58,027 nucleotides of DNA, taken from NCBI GenBank assembly GCA_000442015.1, contig KE561064.1, positions 1-58,027 of the forward strand. The letters are read 5' to 3'. Positions 35,240 through 48,477 of the stretch are shown here, one piece after another. Origin of the DNA: Rozella allomycis CSF55 (lineage: Eukaryota). The position numbers were made by a program, and so were the translations under genes. The notes below the pieces were generated by a model. It saw only the letters and a program-made list of their open reading frames with translations, did no database searches and was not told where the DNA came from. Position 1 is the first letter of the stretch. The number at the start of each line of letters is the position of its first letter.

Positions 35240-35926
35240 ATGACTATTTACTCTCAAAAAGCGCGGGAAGAGTGGTTCAAAGTAAATTTCGCTGCTTCTC
35301 AAATCTACGACAAAAGTAACGATCACACATGGATTAAAAGGCTCAAACGGTCCTTCCAGCTCAGTTCAAGTGCAAGTGAAAGACTTCATATGCAAAATCA
35401 AGAAAAGTATCCCACTGAACCAAGATTAATCCAAAACCAGAAACTGGAGATTGAATGGGAGACTGATATTGAATATCCAAATCTCAAAGAAAACAATAAA
35501 GACAATGTGCAAAGAAAGTCACCGCTGCATACTGCTTCATTGAACCAGTCTAATGACATTTATTGTACTCCAAAAAGGGGAACGAGAACTTTAAAATTAG
35601 AAAATGAACAATTGGACATCAATCGCATTTCTGTTTTTGCTACACCGAGAAAAGTGTCAAATGTTTTGCACAAACTGCCAGAGAAAATCACGCCCGAAAT
35701 TGCTCAAAACATGGACTTTGCGACTGTAAAGCAATGGATCATAAACTATTTAACAAAACTGGATGCTAGGACGATGCAATTAAAGTCGAGTGAAAGTATG
35801 GACTTAAGATCGGAAAAGATGCGTTCATTACATAGAGCTATTAACTTGTGGCCGGATCTAACTAGTGAAGAAAAAGAAGAATGCTTTTCATTGATTCACA
35901 AGTACAGAAAGATGAAGATGTTTTAA
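35240..35926 (+). CDS. Hypothetical protein, 228 aa
   Basis: ATG-started intronless ORF ending TAATAAA. It has several S/TP-K/R sites and no recognised domain. Confidence 0.7.
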   Translation: MTIYSQKAREEWFKVNFAASQIYDKSNDHTWIKRLKRSFQLSSSASERLHMQNQEKYPTEPRLIQNQKLEIEWETDIEYPNLKENNKDNVQRKSPLHTASLNQSNDIYCTPKRGTRTLKLENEQLDINRISVFATPRKVSNVLHKLPEKITPEIAQNMDFATVKQWIINYLTKLDARTMQLKSSESMDLRSEKMRSLHRAINLWPDLTSEEKEECFSLIHKYRKMKMF

Positions 35927-36005
35927 TAAATGCTTTTTGAATGCTAATAGTTGCTAGTTAAATATTGTGCGATTAACCACGTATTTCTGAAATTTAGAAT
36001 TTGCA

Positions 36006-39000
36006 ATGAATGTGTTCGGTTTGTTTAAATCTAGCACACCCCAAGAAACCCACAATGACATGAACCCCTATATACTAGAAACTTTAAAGAATGCGCAAGA
36101 AAAGGTTATAACAAAGAGTAATCCACTAGGCCCCTTATTGAAACTTTCGCCCGATTCTTTTTTCCCGCAGGATCAGAGTTTATTTACAGAACAAGACAAA
36201 AAACATGTTCCTGATAAAATAAAAGCGCTAGATTTAGATATTACTAGAATGCTGGACTGCTTTGTCGCTACAGGTGGTATTTGGAAGAATAGAACAGAGA
36301 AAAAGTCGCATAGGAATAATACGGACGAGCTGGCCACTTTTCTTAATTCAAGGTATATTTTTTGATTTGTGTTTGAAAGATATGGAAAGAGATATTTGAT
36401 GTGGAATCTTTCATCTGAAACAAACTATGATACGACACCTTTCCATAACCAAGTGGAGTATTTTAATATAATGAGGATTGTATCTTTTGATATGAAGACG
36501 TTGTTTGATATTTGCAGGACTATATCTACTTGGTATTTATTGGATCAATCGAATGTCGCCATTGTACATTGTTCTACTGGACTCGCTAGAACTGGTATGC
36601 CAATAGACAATAATTATAAAAGGAATTGTGTTTGCCTGTCTGATGCGATACTGTGAGCTATTTGAATCTGCGTTTGATGCATTTGAATATTTTGTAGCGA
36701 GAAGAACGCCTGAAGATGATTCGTGGGTTACTGTGAGTTATTTAAGAATACTGAAGCATTTCGATAGCATAATTGTATCACAGGGAGCTGTTCTGAATCC
36801 TTTTCCACTGCGATTGCATTGTATTATTTTGAATAGTATACCAAATTTTGATGGAAATGGTTCGTGTGATCCTGGAATAGAAATATACCAGGAAGGAAAA
36901 TTGGTGTATTCTAGTACCCTTGTCTTGGCTGAAGAGCAATTGAGTCGGTTGCAGCTGAAAGGAAACGAAGATGTGGAGCCTGTTGAGCAAATAATATATA
37001 AAGATGAGCATAATATACTTTTCAAGATAAAGGAAGTGGAGGTATTTGGCGATATCCATATTAGAATATTCCATTATGGCCAAACGGACACGAATATGAA
37101 TATACTAAATTTGAGTTTAAACACTGGTTTTATTACTCCTGCGTTTATAAGATTTCATTTGAAGGATGTTGAAATTAGGGAGAGCAATAGAATGAAATTT
37201 TCTGAAGATTTCTTTGTTGATATGGCGTTTTCGCAGGGCAGTAGTGATAATTATGTGAATTACCAAAACTTGTTGGAAGCGTCACTGTCGAGCAACATAA
37301 CATTGTTGAGTGAGCGTCATTCAGTGACTGCTGATGCCAAATTACAGAAAGCGCTTGAACTGCAAGGAAACACCAAACTGTTTGGTAAATAAGAATGTAT
37401 AATTTAATTTAGCGCGATTGGCGTTGCAGTTGTCGTCTAATAGTATCCATGAGGCGCATGAAATAGTTTCAAGGTATTCAAAGTCGAGCATTTATTCTCA
37501 AATATCGTCAGAGTTTATTGAATTTGGGAAAAATAAATACAAGAAATCACGCGGCCATCAGCGCAGAAAGTCGTTTGGGGCTGGCAATGGTGGATCTGTG
37601 AGTAGCGTTGAATCTAGGTTTAGATTTATGGCTGATAATGTTCATAATAAAAGAGGAATTAATCGATCGACTGCAGCGTCGCCTGTTGAATCAAAACCCT
37701 TGTCTGCGTTACCGATAGAAACATCTAAATTTGAAACATTTTTAGCAAACGATTCTCAGAATGGAAAAGAAGAATACAATGAGTTGAAAGAAAGCAAAGA
37801 TGCTGAAAGCAAAGAAACTAATGATATTGAAAAGAATGAAATGGTTAATGGAAGGCCACCAACACAAGAAAATGGAAATATTTCCCCTCCTCCCTTGATT
37901 CCTGGAATGGCTCCACCTCCTTCAGATTCAGGGATCCCACCCCCTCCACCATTAATAGGTATACCACCACCTTTAATGCCTGGAATACCACCACCTCCAC
38001 CGTTGATGCCAGGGATTCCACCACCACCACTTTTACCTGGAATGGTTCCACCGCCACCACTACCTGGTAGTTTAAATGGAGTTCCACCACCACCGATAAT
38101 AGGAATGGCAGCACCTAAACCATCCAAGAGAGTGAAGAATACACTTCATTGGGAAGAACTGAATGATCAAAACATAAGAAATTCTATTTTCAAAGAATTG
38201 ATTAGCAGTGATAGCCAAATATCACTAGACATTCAACACTTTGAAGGTAATTTTATTATTGATTGATGAAAGAAATGTTTGTGATTAACCCAGAAGATCA
38301 AATTGAAAAGAAAAAGGAAAAACCAAAGAAAAAGTAAAATTTAATTAATTGAAATATGAAAGGGATAAAAATATTACGCTTTTAGATCTGAGAAGGTCTA
38401 ATAATGTATCGATTGGATTAGCGAAATTTACGAAACGATATTCCAATGATGAAGAATTTTTGAAAGCTTTAATAAACGATGATGAGCAAATTACAGCGGA
38501 TGATTTGAATACTTTACTTGGATTATTACCAACTGATGAAGAAAAGGAGAAAATATTATTGTTTCATGGTGATTTTAGACTATTGGGGAGAGCTGAGATT
38601 TTCATGATGACATTTCTTAAAGAGCCAAACATTAATTGGATTTGCGAAAGACTATTGTACAAGAGATACTTTAAAGATGAGTATGAATCATCTATACAAA
38701 TTTTGAATGATTTCAACGATGCATTTGATAAACTGAGGAGGAATGCATCTTTGAAAGTTTTGATTGGGGCTATTTTAGAGCTTGGAAATATGACGAATTA
38801 TGATTATGGGAAATCCAATTCATCGTTTAGAAAAAAAGCTGCTGGATTTAAAATTGATAGTTTGGTTAAATTGAAAGATGTAAAGAGCAAAGATGGGAAA
38901 TCATCACTTTTGAATTACTTGGCGCTTGTTTGTGAAAAGAGTGATCCAATGGTGTTACTGATTCCTGCACAGTTTCAAGAATTGGGGCAATTGAAGCTGT

Positions 39001-39671
39001 TGAATACTGCAAGTGTGATTGAAGATTCTAAAATATTAATAAATAATTTGAAAATGTTGAAATCACCGCCAGAGAGTGAAAATAATTCTTCTAAAATTTC
39101 TGAATTTATGAATTGCATTAATCCGTTTTTAATTGAAGCTGAAGAAGATTGTTTAGTTTTAGATTTGAAGATTTCAGAGTTTCAAAACAGTTGGGCGCAA
39201 ACTGCTGAATATTTTGGGGAAAGGGTTGATGAAAAGACGCCAGAGGAATTGTTTTCATTGTTGGATCAGTTTTTTAAATATTTTGATCAAGCTATAAAAC
39301 AAAATGAAGAAAAGAGGATTTTAGAAAAGAAGCGTTTAGAGAGTATAGGGAGGAAGGGTTCAGAGGGTAAAGCATCAGATAATATGAAATCAGAAGTATC
39401 ATCATTGAAGTCACCAAGAAGAAGAACTATTCAACCAGAAAAACCAAAAGATGAAACAATTCATGGATTTTCTAAAGATGAGTTGCTTGATCATGGCTAT
39501 TTCAAACGTCAAAGTGTTTCAGTTGATAATTTAAAAGAAATGGCAAATCTTTTAAGTTCAACCCCTTCAAGCCCTTTGATAGTTTCAAGATCAAAATCTG
39601 CTTCAAACGTTCAAGATGAAATTTGTACAAATTGTTTAAAGAAACTCAATCAATGCCTCTGTGAATTTTAA
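36006..39671 (+). CDS. Formin with N-terminal PTEN/tensin phosphatase and C2 domains (PTEN-C2-FH1-FH2)
   Basis: WNLS, VHCSTGLART, IPNFDG.GSCDP and LNTGFI; polyproline FH1; FH2 with LHW, LLDLRRSNNVSIGL, ILELGNMTN and GFKIDSLVKLKDVKS. Introns include 36353-36379, 36595-36622 and 37385-37412. Confidence 0.92.
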
Positions 39672-39752
39672 AATAAATTATGCATTACAAACAATTAAAT
39701 ATGTTGAAAAGTTTTAAATTACACCTTTAAATCTTTAAATTTTAATGTCAAT

Positions 39753-42700
39753 TTATTCTAGTAATAGTCTAGTTAATTCAGTTTTCGCTTCTTTGCAGAC
39801 TTGAATGCTTTCAACCCAATTAGTTTCCAATAAAATTTCTTCAACTTGCTCATTCTCAAATCCATTCAATGTAGTCAAAGCCAAATACAATTGCTCAGCT
39901 GTATACCTTCTAATCTAATTTCACAATTAACAAATATCATTACAAAGGGATATCGATGCACTAGAAACTTGAAAATCAGCGGTAAAACTAATTTAATTTC
40001 AATATTCCCAATACAAGTACACAACACCCTCGCAATAGCTTGTAGTTTCTTTGAATCTTTGCTCAACATTTCTTTTTGAATCAACTCGACTAATTTCACT
40101 GATGGTTTTATAACAGACAGAATATGCTCAACCGAATTCAGAAACGGCATCACTATTCTATCCTTTTTGCAATGATCCTCTAAAATCTGTTCAAGAATAT
40201 TCATCCATGGAATTGATGCATTTTCTTTAATAAAATTTATTAGAATCTTTAAATCATCATTCATGTCTCCAAAATAGCCAGCATTTATCGTTAATCCAAG
40301 CAACAAGGAATACTGAAATTTCGGAATTGTGAATAGTTGAACAATATTGAAATGCCAATCGCCGCATAAATTTAATCTTAGAAATTCACATTCATCAAAT
40401 TGTAACATTGATAAACAATTTAAAGTTTCTAATGCTTTTTCTCTGACTTTATCTATTTTATCAACTGATTGTCTAATAACAAGATTCAATATTTCATAAA
40501 AGTTTGAATCAGTTGGATTAATGATTGATGGATGGTTGATTATTATTTGCATAGCTTCTAATCTAACAAACGATCCAACATCACCCCTCGAATCAATTGT
40601 ATAATCATTCAAATTCAATACAATATTTTTTAAAATTAATTTTCTTGAATTTAAATTTATTTCATTAATTAATTTATTTATTGAATTCAATGCATTTCGT
40701 TTTGCTTCGGCGTTGAATTGGATGGCAGATTCAAATAATGAAGCACGCAGCAATCCATCAATTATTTTATCAGAAATTGAATCGTTATTAATTTCTTTCA
40801 ATGGCAATCCACCAAGAGCAATCGAATACGCAGATCTTTTAACGGGATCTTCCTTTTCTAGTCCCTTTAACAACATTTCAATAAACTCTTCATGTGGATT
40901 TACAAACTTTATTAAAACAGACAAACAATCTGCTGCTGCTTCATGAATTAAATTTTCTTTTCTTTCAAGCATTTTCTTTATAAACTCCAAATACCGCTCA
41001 ATACTCTTAGTTGAATCACCACTCTTAGTTGGTAGCCATTCAAAAATGTTTTTAATTAAAACACAAAATGAAGCACAAATAATTTCAGATGAAAAATCTA
41101 CAAAATAAGAATCATTAAAAATATCAATAAAATCAACAAAATCAAAAACTTTTTCAATTTGTAAATTTCCTATTTGAGAAAGACCCAAAATACATCCATG
41201 AAACACTGCCATTTCATTACAATTCTTTGCCTTTTCAATCAAATACTCTATTTTATTTATCAAAAATTTATTATCAATATTCAACCAGTTCGAAAGTGAT
41301 GATGCCATCAATTCTCTAGTCTTTACATCCCAATGAAATAATTGCTTTTCAAATGCATACTCAATCAACGGAATTCTATATTCTTCAAACTGAAACACTT
41401 CTGTTGACGCTGTTTGGAATGAATTCACTCGATTGCCAACAGAAAAATAGTCCATTATAGACATTAATGAAATTCCATTCGTTACACTAGCCTTATTTCA
41501 ATCAATTACATTCCACTTACAGTTCTACCAACCCACTCTTGAAACGCAGCTGAACACGCGCGTCTCACCTGCACTTCTCTATCCAACAATGAAACACAAA
41601 CCAATTTATTAATCAATCCATCAAATTTTGCATAAACATCCTCATGTCCTTGAAAACATCGACTAGCAGTCCAACAAGCATACGCTGCCGCATCCCTAAC
41701 ATTCTGGCCATTCATTCCATGGATCATTGGATTCAACTCAAATCCAAGCGCCTCGCAAACAATAATCAAAATTTTATCTAAAAATATCTTTGGAACCAAG
41801 CCACGATGCAACAATTGAGCAAAAGTTAAACAAAGGCCATGAAGTAAATGGCATTGATAAACTGAAGGCTCAGAAAATGTAAAAATATCAACAAGACACG
41901 TCAAGATTTGGTTCGCCATGTTAAATGGCAATCTATACACAATTCTTGCTATCCCTTTAGCAACTGACCATCTTATAACAGTCTCCTTGTCGCCAACATT
42001 CTCAAGCAGAAAATTTATTATTTCATCAACTGATTCATCAACCCAAACTTCTTCATCTTCCATTTTCTTCACCTCTTCAAATGCTTCACTCTTCAACAAT
42101 TTCCTCGTTCCATTAAATAGCCGCCAATGATTCTTCAAAGGCTCCATCAACACAAGCCCACATCGCTGCAACAACTTTACTTTAATCTTTTTCCAATTAG
42201 TATCAGTTCCTGTCTCAAGATTAATAACCAACAATAGCAACATTTTAGCCGGCTCAACAAGTCTCTCTCTCCTCGCCTTTTTCATCAAGATACTCCAAAC
42301 ACTCATGATACTTTTCGAATAAACTTCATTCGCAATATTCTCCCTAGTAAACAAGATAAACTCTTGGAATTCCTCGGCAGCATCCTCGCGGGAAAACAAA
42401 TTCGCATGCCACAGAATACTGGCATCCCTCTCTTTGGCACTCAAAACGAACCATCTTCTTTGACTCTCAACAATTTTCTTGAAATTTTCTTCAGTGAACA
42501 GCCGCTTCAAAGGAAACGGCATTAGAATCATCATGGCACTCCACAACAAGAAAATATACCTGGTCTGCCACGAATACTCTTCCTTCATATCCAAAACTAT
42601 ATTCTGTAGAGTTTGAAATGTCGCCATATCATGCGAAAGAAAACGCGTAATCGTCTTGGAGCCGCGCACATTGCAAAACGTATACAGGATATCACAATAA

Positions 42701-42927
42701 TAATTCAAACATTTAACATCACTTTGCGCGTGAAATAGGATTTTATCACATAGGGGTTTGATCATTCTTTCCAAACAATTGTCAAGCAGAAACGGCTGCT
42801 CCTGGTATTCTGACACTAGGCTTTTGATATGGCCAAGTGTATTTTCATTTATAGCCTCGCTGTTAAATAACTCGAAATAGACCTTTTCATCAAAGTACTT
42901 TCTTTTGCACTCGGTATCGTTTGTCAT
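39753..42927 (-). CDS. TBCD: Tubulin-specific chaperone D
   Basis: YQEQPFLLD, VRGSKTI, VIRWSVAKG, VRDAAAYACW, LDREVQVRRACSAAFQE.VGR and DYTIDSRGDVGSFVR motifs. Confidence 0.95.
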
Positions 42928-43032
42928 TATGAATTTTCGTAAAGTTCAAGGTCGAGTTTAAATGTCAAAAGCCAGGTAAGATGAAAACTTAATTTAACTG
43001 GGACCCACCAAAAAATTGGAGTAATTCAAAAA

Positions 43033-43294
43033 TCGGCACTTCAGGCAGGGCATTTTACGATGCATCAGAATTAGTTCTTTGGCGCATAGGGAAGAAACGG
43101 GGATTTTCCTCTCCCAAGTCGATGGGGAAAACGGCCTCAATTTACCGAAACGGTTGGCAATTCTGGAGCTTGGATGCCACAGATGTCACATTTCTACTAA
43201 ATTTCTATGGGATACCAAGCAAAGGGATAGTCTAGAAAGAATTGACAGGTTGGCTATACATTGTTCACATTGCCGAGTGAAACGTCCTGTTTTT
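43033..43294 (+). ncRNA. Candidate structured non-coding RNA of unassigned family
   Basis: GC-richer intergenic block with nested helices 43046-58/43277-89, 43071-80/43236-45, 43104-11/43124-31 and 43168-73/43215-20, ending in TTTTT (43290-94). Confidence 0.5.
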
Positions 43295-43342
43295 GTCTAA
43301 AAATATCGAATGTTCTTGAAATTAAAAATGCGTTTATTTTAA

Positions 43343-46300
43343 TCATCGATTCATATTCTTTAATTCTTTAATAAACTTGTCCATGTGCGCGTGCTGGTTT
43401 TGGATTCGACCATATGTAGATCTTCTATAACTGACTTTTAAGGAATCCATTTTAACTTCGTTTTTGCCTATCTCAAACGAAATATATGGATTACAGTCAT
43501 GAGCATTGAGTTTGTCATGAAAAGTGTGCGATGAAAACTCAATGGGTTTTTTATTCAGAGTATGCACGCCAACCATGTTATTCTTTGATCTTTTTAACAT
43601 TGATTTATTCTACTATATTTAAGAAAAACATATTACAAAGTTCTTTTCAGGGACCGAGAACGACCTGTGTCTTCCAGTAGACTTGACAGACATGAAATCA
43701 TCATACTCCACCAGCACTCGAGTGTCCTTCATAAGAGCTTGATGAGATTTAGGCTGCATTTGATCATTATCAAATATGGAGTCTGATTTTTCAATCATCA
43801 ATGTCATCACTAATGCTACTTTATCTAATGGATTGGGGCCAGGAAATATAAATGGTCCAAAGATATTAGCCAATTTAGCGATGCAATCGTCCCTATTTTC
43901 ACCAAAAGATATTCTAGTAAGATGACTGCAAAAGTACTTTAATAGTTCCTTTTTGCCATTCTCGATAGATTTTAAAATTCTAGAAATCTCTTCAGGCTTT
44001 ATGTTTGAATCATTGCTATTGTTACAAAGACTAAAGATAGTTGATTGGACGTTAGTATCGAGCGCTAAAATGGAATCGATCATAATCATTCGCTTCAACA
44101 GGCCAACCAAGACTTCAATCTTATCATTCTTGTATTCAGAAAAGTTTATTCTTGTTCCGTTTCGTAGGTCGGAATAAATTTGGTCAACAGCATTACTTTG
44201 ACGACAATTGCCATATAAACTTACATAATCTACTCCTTGCACTTCAACTATCTGGCAAATTTCCTTGATTTTCTCAAAGTAATACTCATCAGAAGATTCT
44301 TTAAATGAATCGCCTATACTGTGGAGACTTTTATTCTCGTCTATTGTGGTCTTTGAACTAAAAGATGCCATAAATTTTTTTATCGATTTAATTGTATTTG
44401 AAGAATTATTTGAATTGGAAGTCGAGAATATTTTTTCTTCTTCCAATATGATATTCGTTGTCTCAATCACTTTCTCATTTGTCTTGTTGAGCCTAATAAA
44501 CGATCTGCCAAAACTTGATGTCGATTGGGCCAAATTAATACTAGACTGTTTCACAAGCTTAGATATCGAAGATGGCGTGTATTGATTTATTATGTTCTCC
44601 ACCTTTGACATTAATGTGTCCATATGCTCATCAGCAGAATTTCTAAAGTTTAAGTAGCTCGTAATTCCAACAATGTTTTGATAAAAGTATTCCGAAAAGG
44701 TCAAGATATTTTTGAATTCTTTCATGGCGATTGGATTACCCATAAAATCACTGAAATCTAATCTGCTGGTAGAAAAAAATCGAAAATGATCGTTATTCGG
44801 TTGGATTACACCAAGAACATCTATGAAATGCAAGAAAAAATTAATTACTTGCAGAACTAAAATACCTTACGTAACTCTCACGCAAAACATCACCATCTTG
44901 GTATATATAGCAAATATTATTCTTAAGACCTGCCTCCTTGTAGTCTACAAAATTGTACAAATGAAAGTAGATATCATAATCCTTCCATTTTTTACTTAAC
45001 ACTCTGGCTTTTGAATCTATATCACGACTCTAACTTTAATTTTACCTTGGTATTTTAAGTGATGTGTTGTATCCCGGAATTTGTTCAAAAAAGAAAGTTT
45101 AGATTCCCTTGTTAGCGCCTTAAAAATAAAGCTCGTAGAATTCTCGAAATCATGATATTTTGACTTTTTGAAAATGTTTTCTTTAACTTTCAAAGCCCAT
45201 TCCGCAGAATTTTTAAAATCAATACGCAGTCCTAATGGATCACCATCTTTTATTAAGTCCTGGCAACGCGAATCATCAAGGTCAAACAAAGCTATAGCTT
45301 TGTAAGGTTTCTTTTTGGAAGAGCTTTTCTTTAATCCGTCAATACTGTTAAGTTTTGCCCAATTTCTCCTCTTTGTAATAAGGATTTTATCATTTAACAA
45401 AAACAATGTCAAGGACTCCTTGGTCTTTAAAGAAGATGGATCAACTTCAAGACAGTCGATATTAGAAATATACCAACGACTTGAATTAATTATATTTGCT
45501 AGGCAACCTTCAATTAAGTCATACACTAAAAATATTTGGGTAGACGCTTTTGCCTTGTCCAAACCTTTGCAAAATGATTCCATTTTCAATTTCAACTCCA
45601 GCATTTCTGACTTTTTCTCTTCATTTTCAGTATTTTTAACTAGCGCTAAATTAATTTCTCGAAATCTTTCTTACCATCGACGAGCAATGTGTATCGAGGA
45701 ACTCTTTGAATAGTTTCCATCAACAATTGTTTGATATCAAGACGTCCCTCTGTGGTTCTTGTCAAATCATCTAGAATAGTCTTAAACGTTATGTTTTCAG
45801 CTAGCAATTTCTCTAATGTTTCAATGGCGTTTGAAAATGATTTAACAAATTCTTCATACACTTCCATCTTTTCAAACTAATTTTGAGAAAAGAATTGAAT
45901 TACATTTTTGGTGAAAATTAAGATCAATTTTCTATCAAAATCATCCACAAGGATACCGTCTACCTCAAGTTGGACTAGTTCTTTCAACAACGCTTGATTA
46001 AATTCAAGAATTTCATCTATATTGTTAAATATCATTTTGTATTCAAAAACGGGAAGGGGATAGTGATATGCGAGATTCTCTGGAATGGTGGAGTTTGACG
46101 TTGGTTTTAATGCATTCATAAAGACCTCTCAAAGATAGAATAAAAAATTACATTTTTCAAGATTCCCAACTTTCTCACATAATTTTTCTCTGTCTCGATT
46201 AATTCTAAAGTTGCCGATATTCTTTTCGCCTCCATTCCAGATTCTGTTTTCGATGAATTACTCTCCACTGAGTATGTTGAGAATCTAGTTCTCAACTGTG

Positions 46301-47390
46301 AGTTATGTCGAGCGAGTTGTTTTTGTTTTAGAATGTCTGGATTCCCTATGGGTTGCCCGAATGTGCGGTATAACACATCCCATGAATGATCATTTTCTAT
46401 TAGCAAAACAATCACTTGCTTACCGTCTTCTAAATCCTCTATATTGTAATCGAGAACAATATCCACATTTATAATGTGTTGAATTTGACTATTTTCCAGC
46501 GACAACAACGCTCTCGATAAGTTGTGATCTGTGACTTTTTCCAAATAGTCTGACAAATTCTGTGCTGAATACGTCACATCTACTGTCTCATTCTTGGATT
46601 GATAATTTGAAGAGAGCGGTCTCATAAAAGTATTTTTGAAGTTGCTCTTTTTGAACCCTTTTGATGAATCCAAAAATGAATTCTTGAATTTTTCCGATAG
46701 CAAAGATTTTGACATGCGTCTTTCTCTTCCCTGAGATCTAACCTCCGAGAGCGATGTATTTGACTCTTGACTGAGGCCCATAAGAGATTCGTTGAAAACA
46801 TGAGAAGAAAGTGAAGTAGTAAGAGTAGAAAAGCCACCTTCAGTGTGCATTGCTTTGACATATTTTCTAAGAATGAACAAACTTATTGCCTTAGAGAACG
46901 ACTTTGTTTCAAGGGCTTGTGCAAACTCATAAAATTCTTTCCCAAGTGAATGAATAATTTTGAAGCCCTTTCAAATCGAATATTGTACCTTACTTTTTGG
47001 CATAAAACTATAGCCCTAATAAAATCTTCGTTTCGCAACTTTTCACCTTTGTTGATGCCAAGAATTAAAGAAATGCACAATGGTCCCCCAAACAATTCAT
47101 GATTACCAACGAAGTGATAATGATCTAATGGTCACTAAACTTTATCGTTACCTCTAGGTAAACCATTAGAATCCCAAAAATATTGCTTATAATAACCAAT
47201 TTTATAATTTATAACCGCTGAATCATAAATGGCAGAATAATCAACATCTGGCTCCATAATCGGAATAACAAACGGAAATCCTTGGTCCCCAAAAAGCTTC
47301 TCAATCACCTCCTTTAATGCATATATCTAAAGATACTTCAATTGATTGATGGGTTCTGTTATGCTGTCTTAAAGGTACAGTATCCTCCAT
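43343..47390 (-). CDS. Multi-exon RhoGEF (DH-PH) protein with C-terminal degenerate RhoGAP-like domain
   Basis: ELIETEKNYVRKL and LLMETIQRVPRYTLL (DH); LFLLNDKILITK (PH); VLVGLLKR...HLTRI...LANIFGPFIF (RhoGAP fold). Exon joins are approximate. Confidence 0.75.
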
Positions 47391-47464
47391 GTAGCTAACT
47401 TGTTTTGTTTACGGTTATAAAACAAAAATTTTCCGATAAACAATAGAACAAAAAGTAAAAAAGT

Positions 47465-48408
47465 TTATGAATAATTTTTTATCATTTCAAACCAATAACT
47501 TGAAGTGCTCATTTGCTCATCGCCAAGCTCCTTCAATTTTTCGCGATTCTTCAATATCAATTCTTTCTTCTTGGTTTTGTTGTTTAACTTGGCAGGTAGC
47601 GCAGTAAGTTTATCAACGTCATCGAAATGGGCTGAAGGAGTTTTCCTGATCTCTTTAATTCGTTTTTGTAAATCCGCAGTCAAGTTTTTGTATCTTTGCG
47701 CTTCATCCTGTGCAGTCTGCAATTCTAGCTTTAGTACAATCGAATTGCTTTCTCCTTGACTAATTTGAGTGCTCATCAAGTCTTTTTCTATCTTCAGTTT
47801 TTGCATTGTTTCTTTCTCCTTTTGTAGTTGAGCACGCAGCCGTTTATTTTCATCAACTAAATTTTCTGACGACCGCTTTAATTGGTTATAGTTGTTAATA
47901 AAAATATGAAAAAGGTTTGATAGATCTCTTGCTTCTTTTTGAAGGTTTATATTGTTATCTACTGAGTAAGGATCAGACAATGAGTAGTTCGGTCCATTTT
48001 CTGTCACGGATAATCTCTCTAACTGGCTTTTCATGTTTTTTAAAAGCAAGGAAACCTCAATCTTTGATTCAATCTCATTGTCTAACCTCTTCTTGAGTTC
48101 TTGATTTAACGCATCACTATCTTGTAATTGGAATATACTCTTGTGTAATTCTCCTATTGATGTTGCATGAGCATTTTCATTGTTTGTGTATTTGATAAAG
48201 TCTGATTGCGCATTTTCTTCCATGAAAATTGTTTACAAGGTAGCAATAACAAGAACAAAAATAAATAATATAAAGTGTATATTCGAGGTGAAAATGGTAT
48301 TAACTTAAGTTGCCATTTGCCAATAATCATTTCTGAAGTCCGGATCGTCTCCCTGTCCGATAAGTGGTACATAACATAAGTAGCATCCAATAAATACTCA
48401 AACACCAT
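47465..48408 (-). CDS. Membrane-anchored coiled-coil protein, unknown
   Basis: Hydrophobic stretch YTLYYLFLFLLLLP followed by a 252-aa heptad-rich ORF. Confidence 0.6.
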
Positions 48409-48477
48409 GTAGAACTAATAAGATTTTATATACCGTATGCGCGATTTATTTGATAAATACTTTCCTCTCTACATTCT

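Noticed and set aside
37756-38127. Gly-rich minus-strand ORF
   Set aside because: It is the antisense shadow of the formin polyproline FH1 region.
42971-42982. Minus-strand ATCTTACCTGGC resembling the U1 snRNA 5' end
   Set aside because: It lacks one base of ATACTTACCTGG, no U1-70K/U1A loops or Sm site follow, and it runs into the TBCD ATG about 45 nt later.
43051-43058. GCATTTTAC resembling U5 snRNA loop 1
   Set aside because: It mismatches the invariant GCCTTTTAC, and there is no same-strand Sm site at the U5 spacing.
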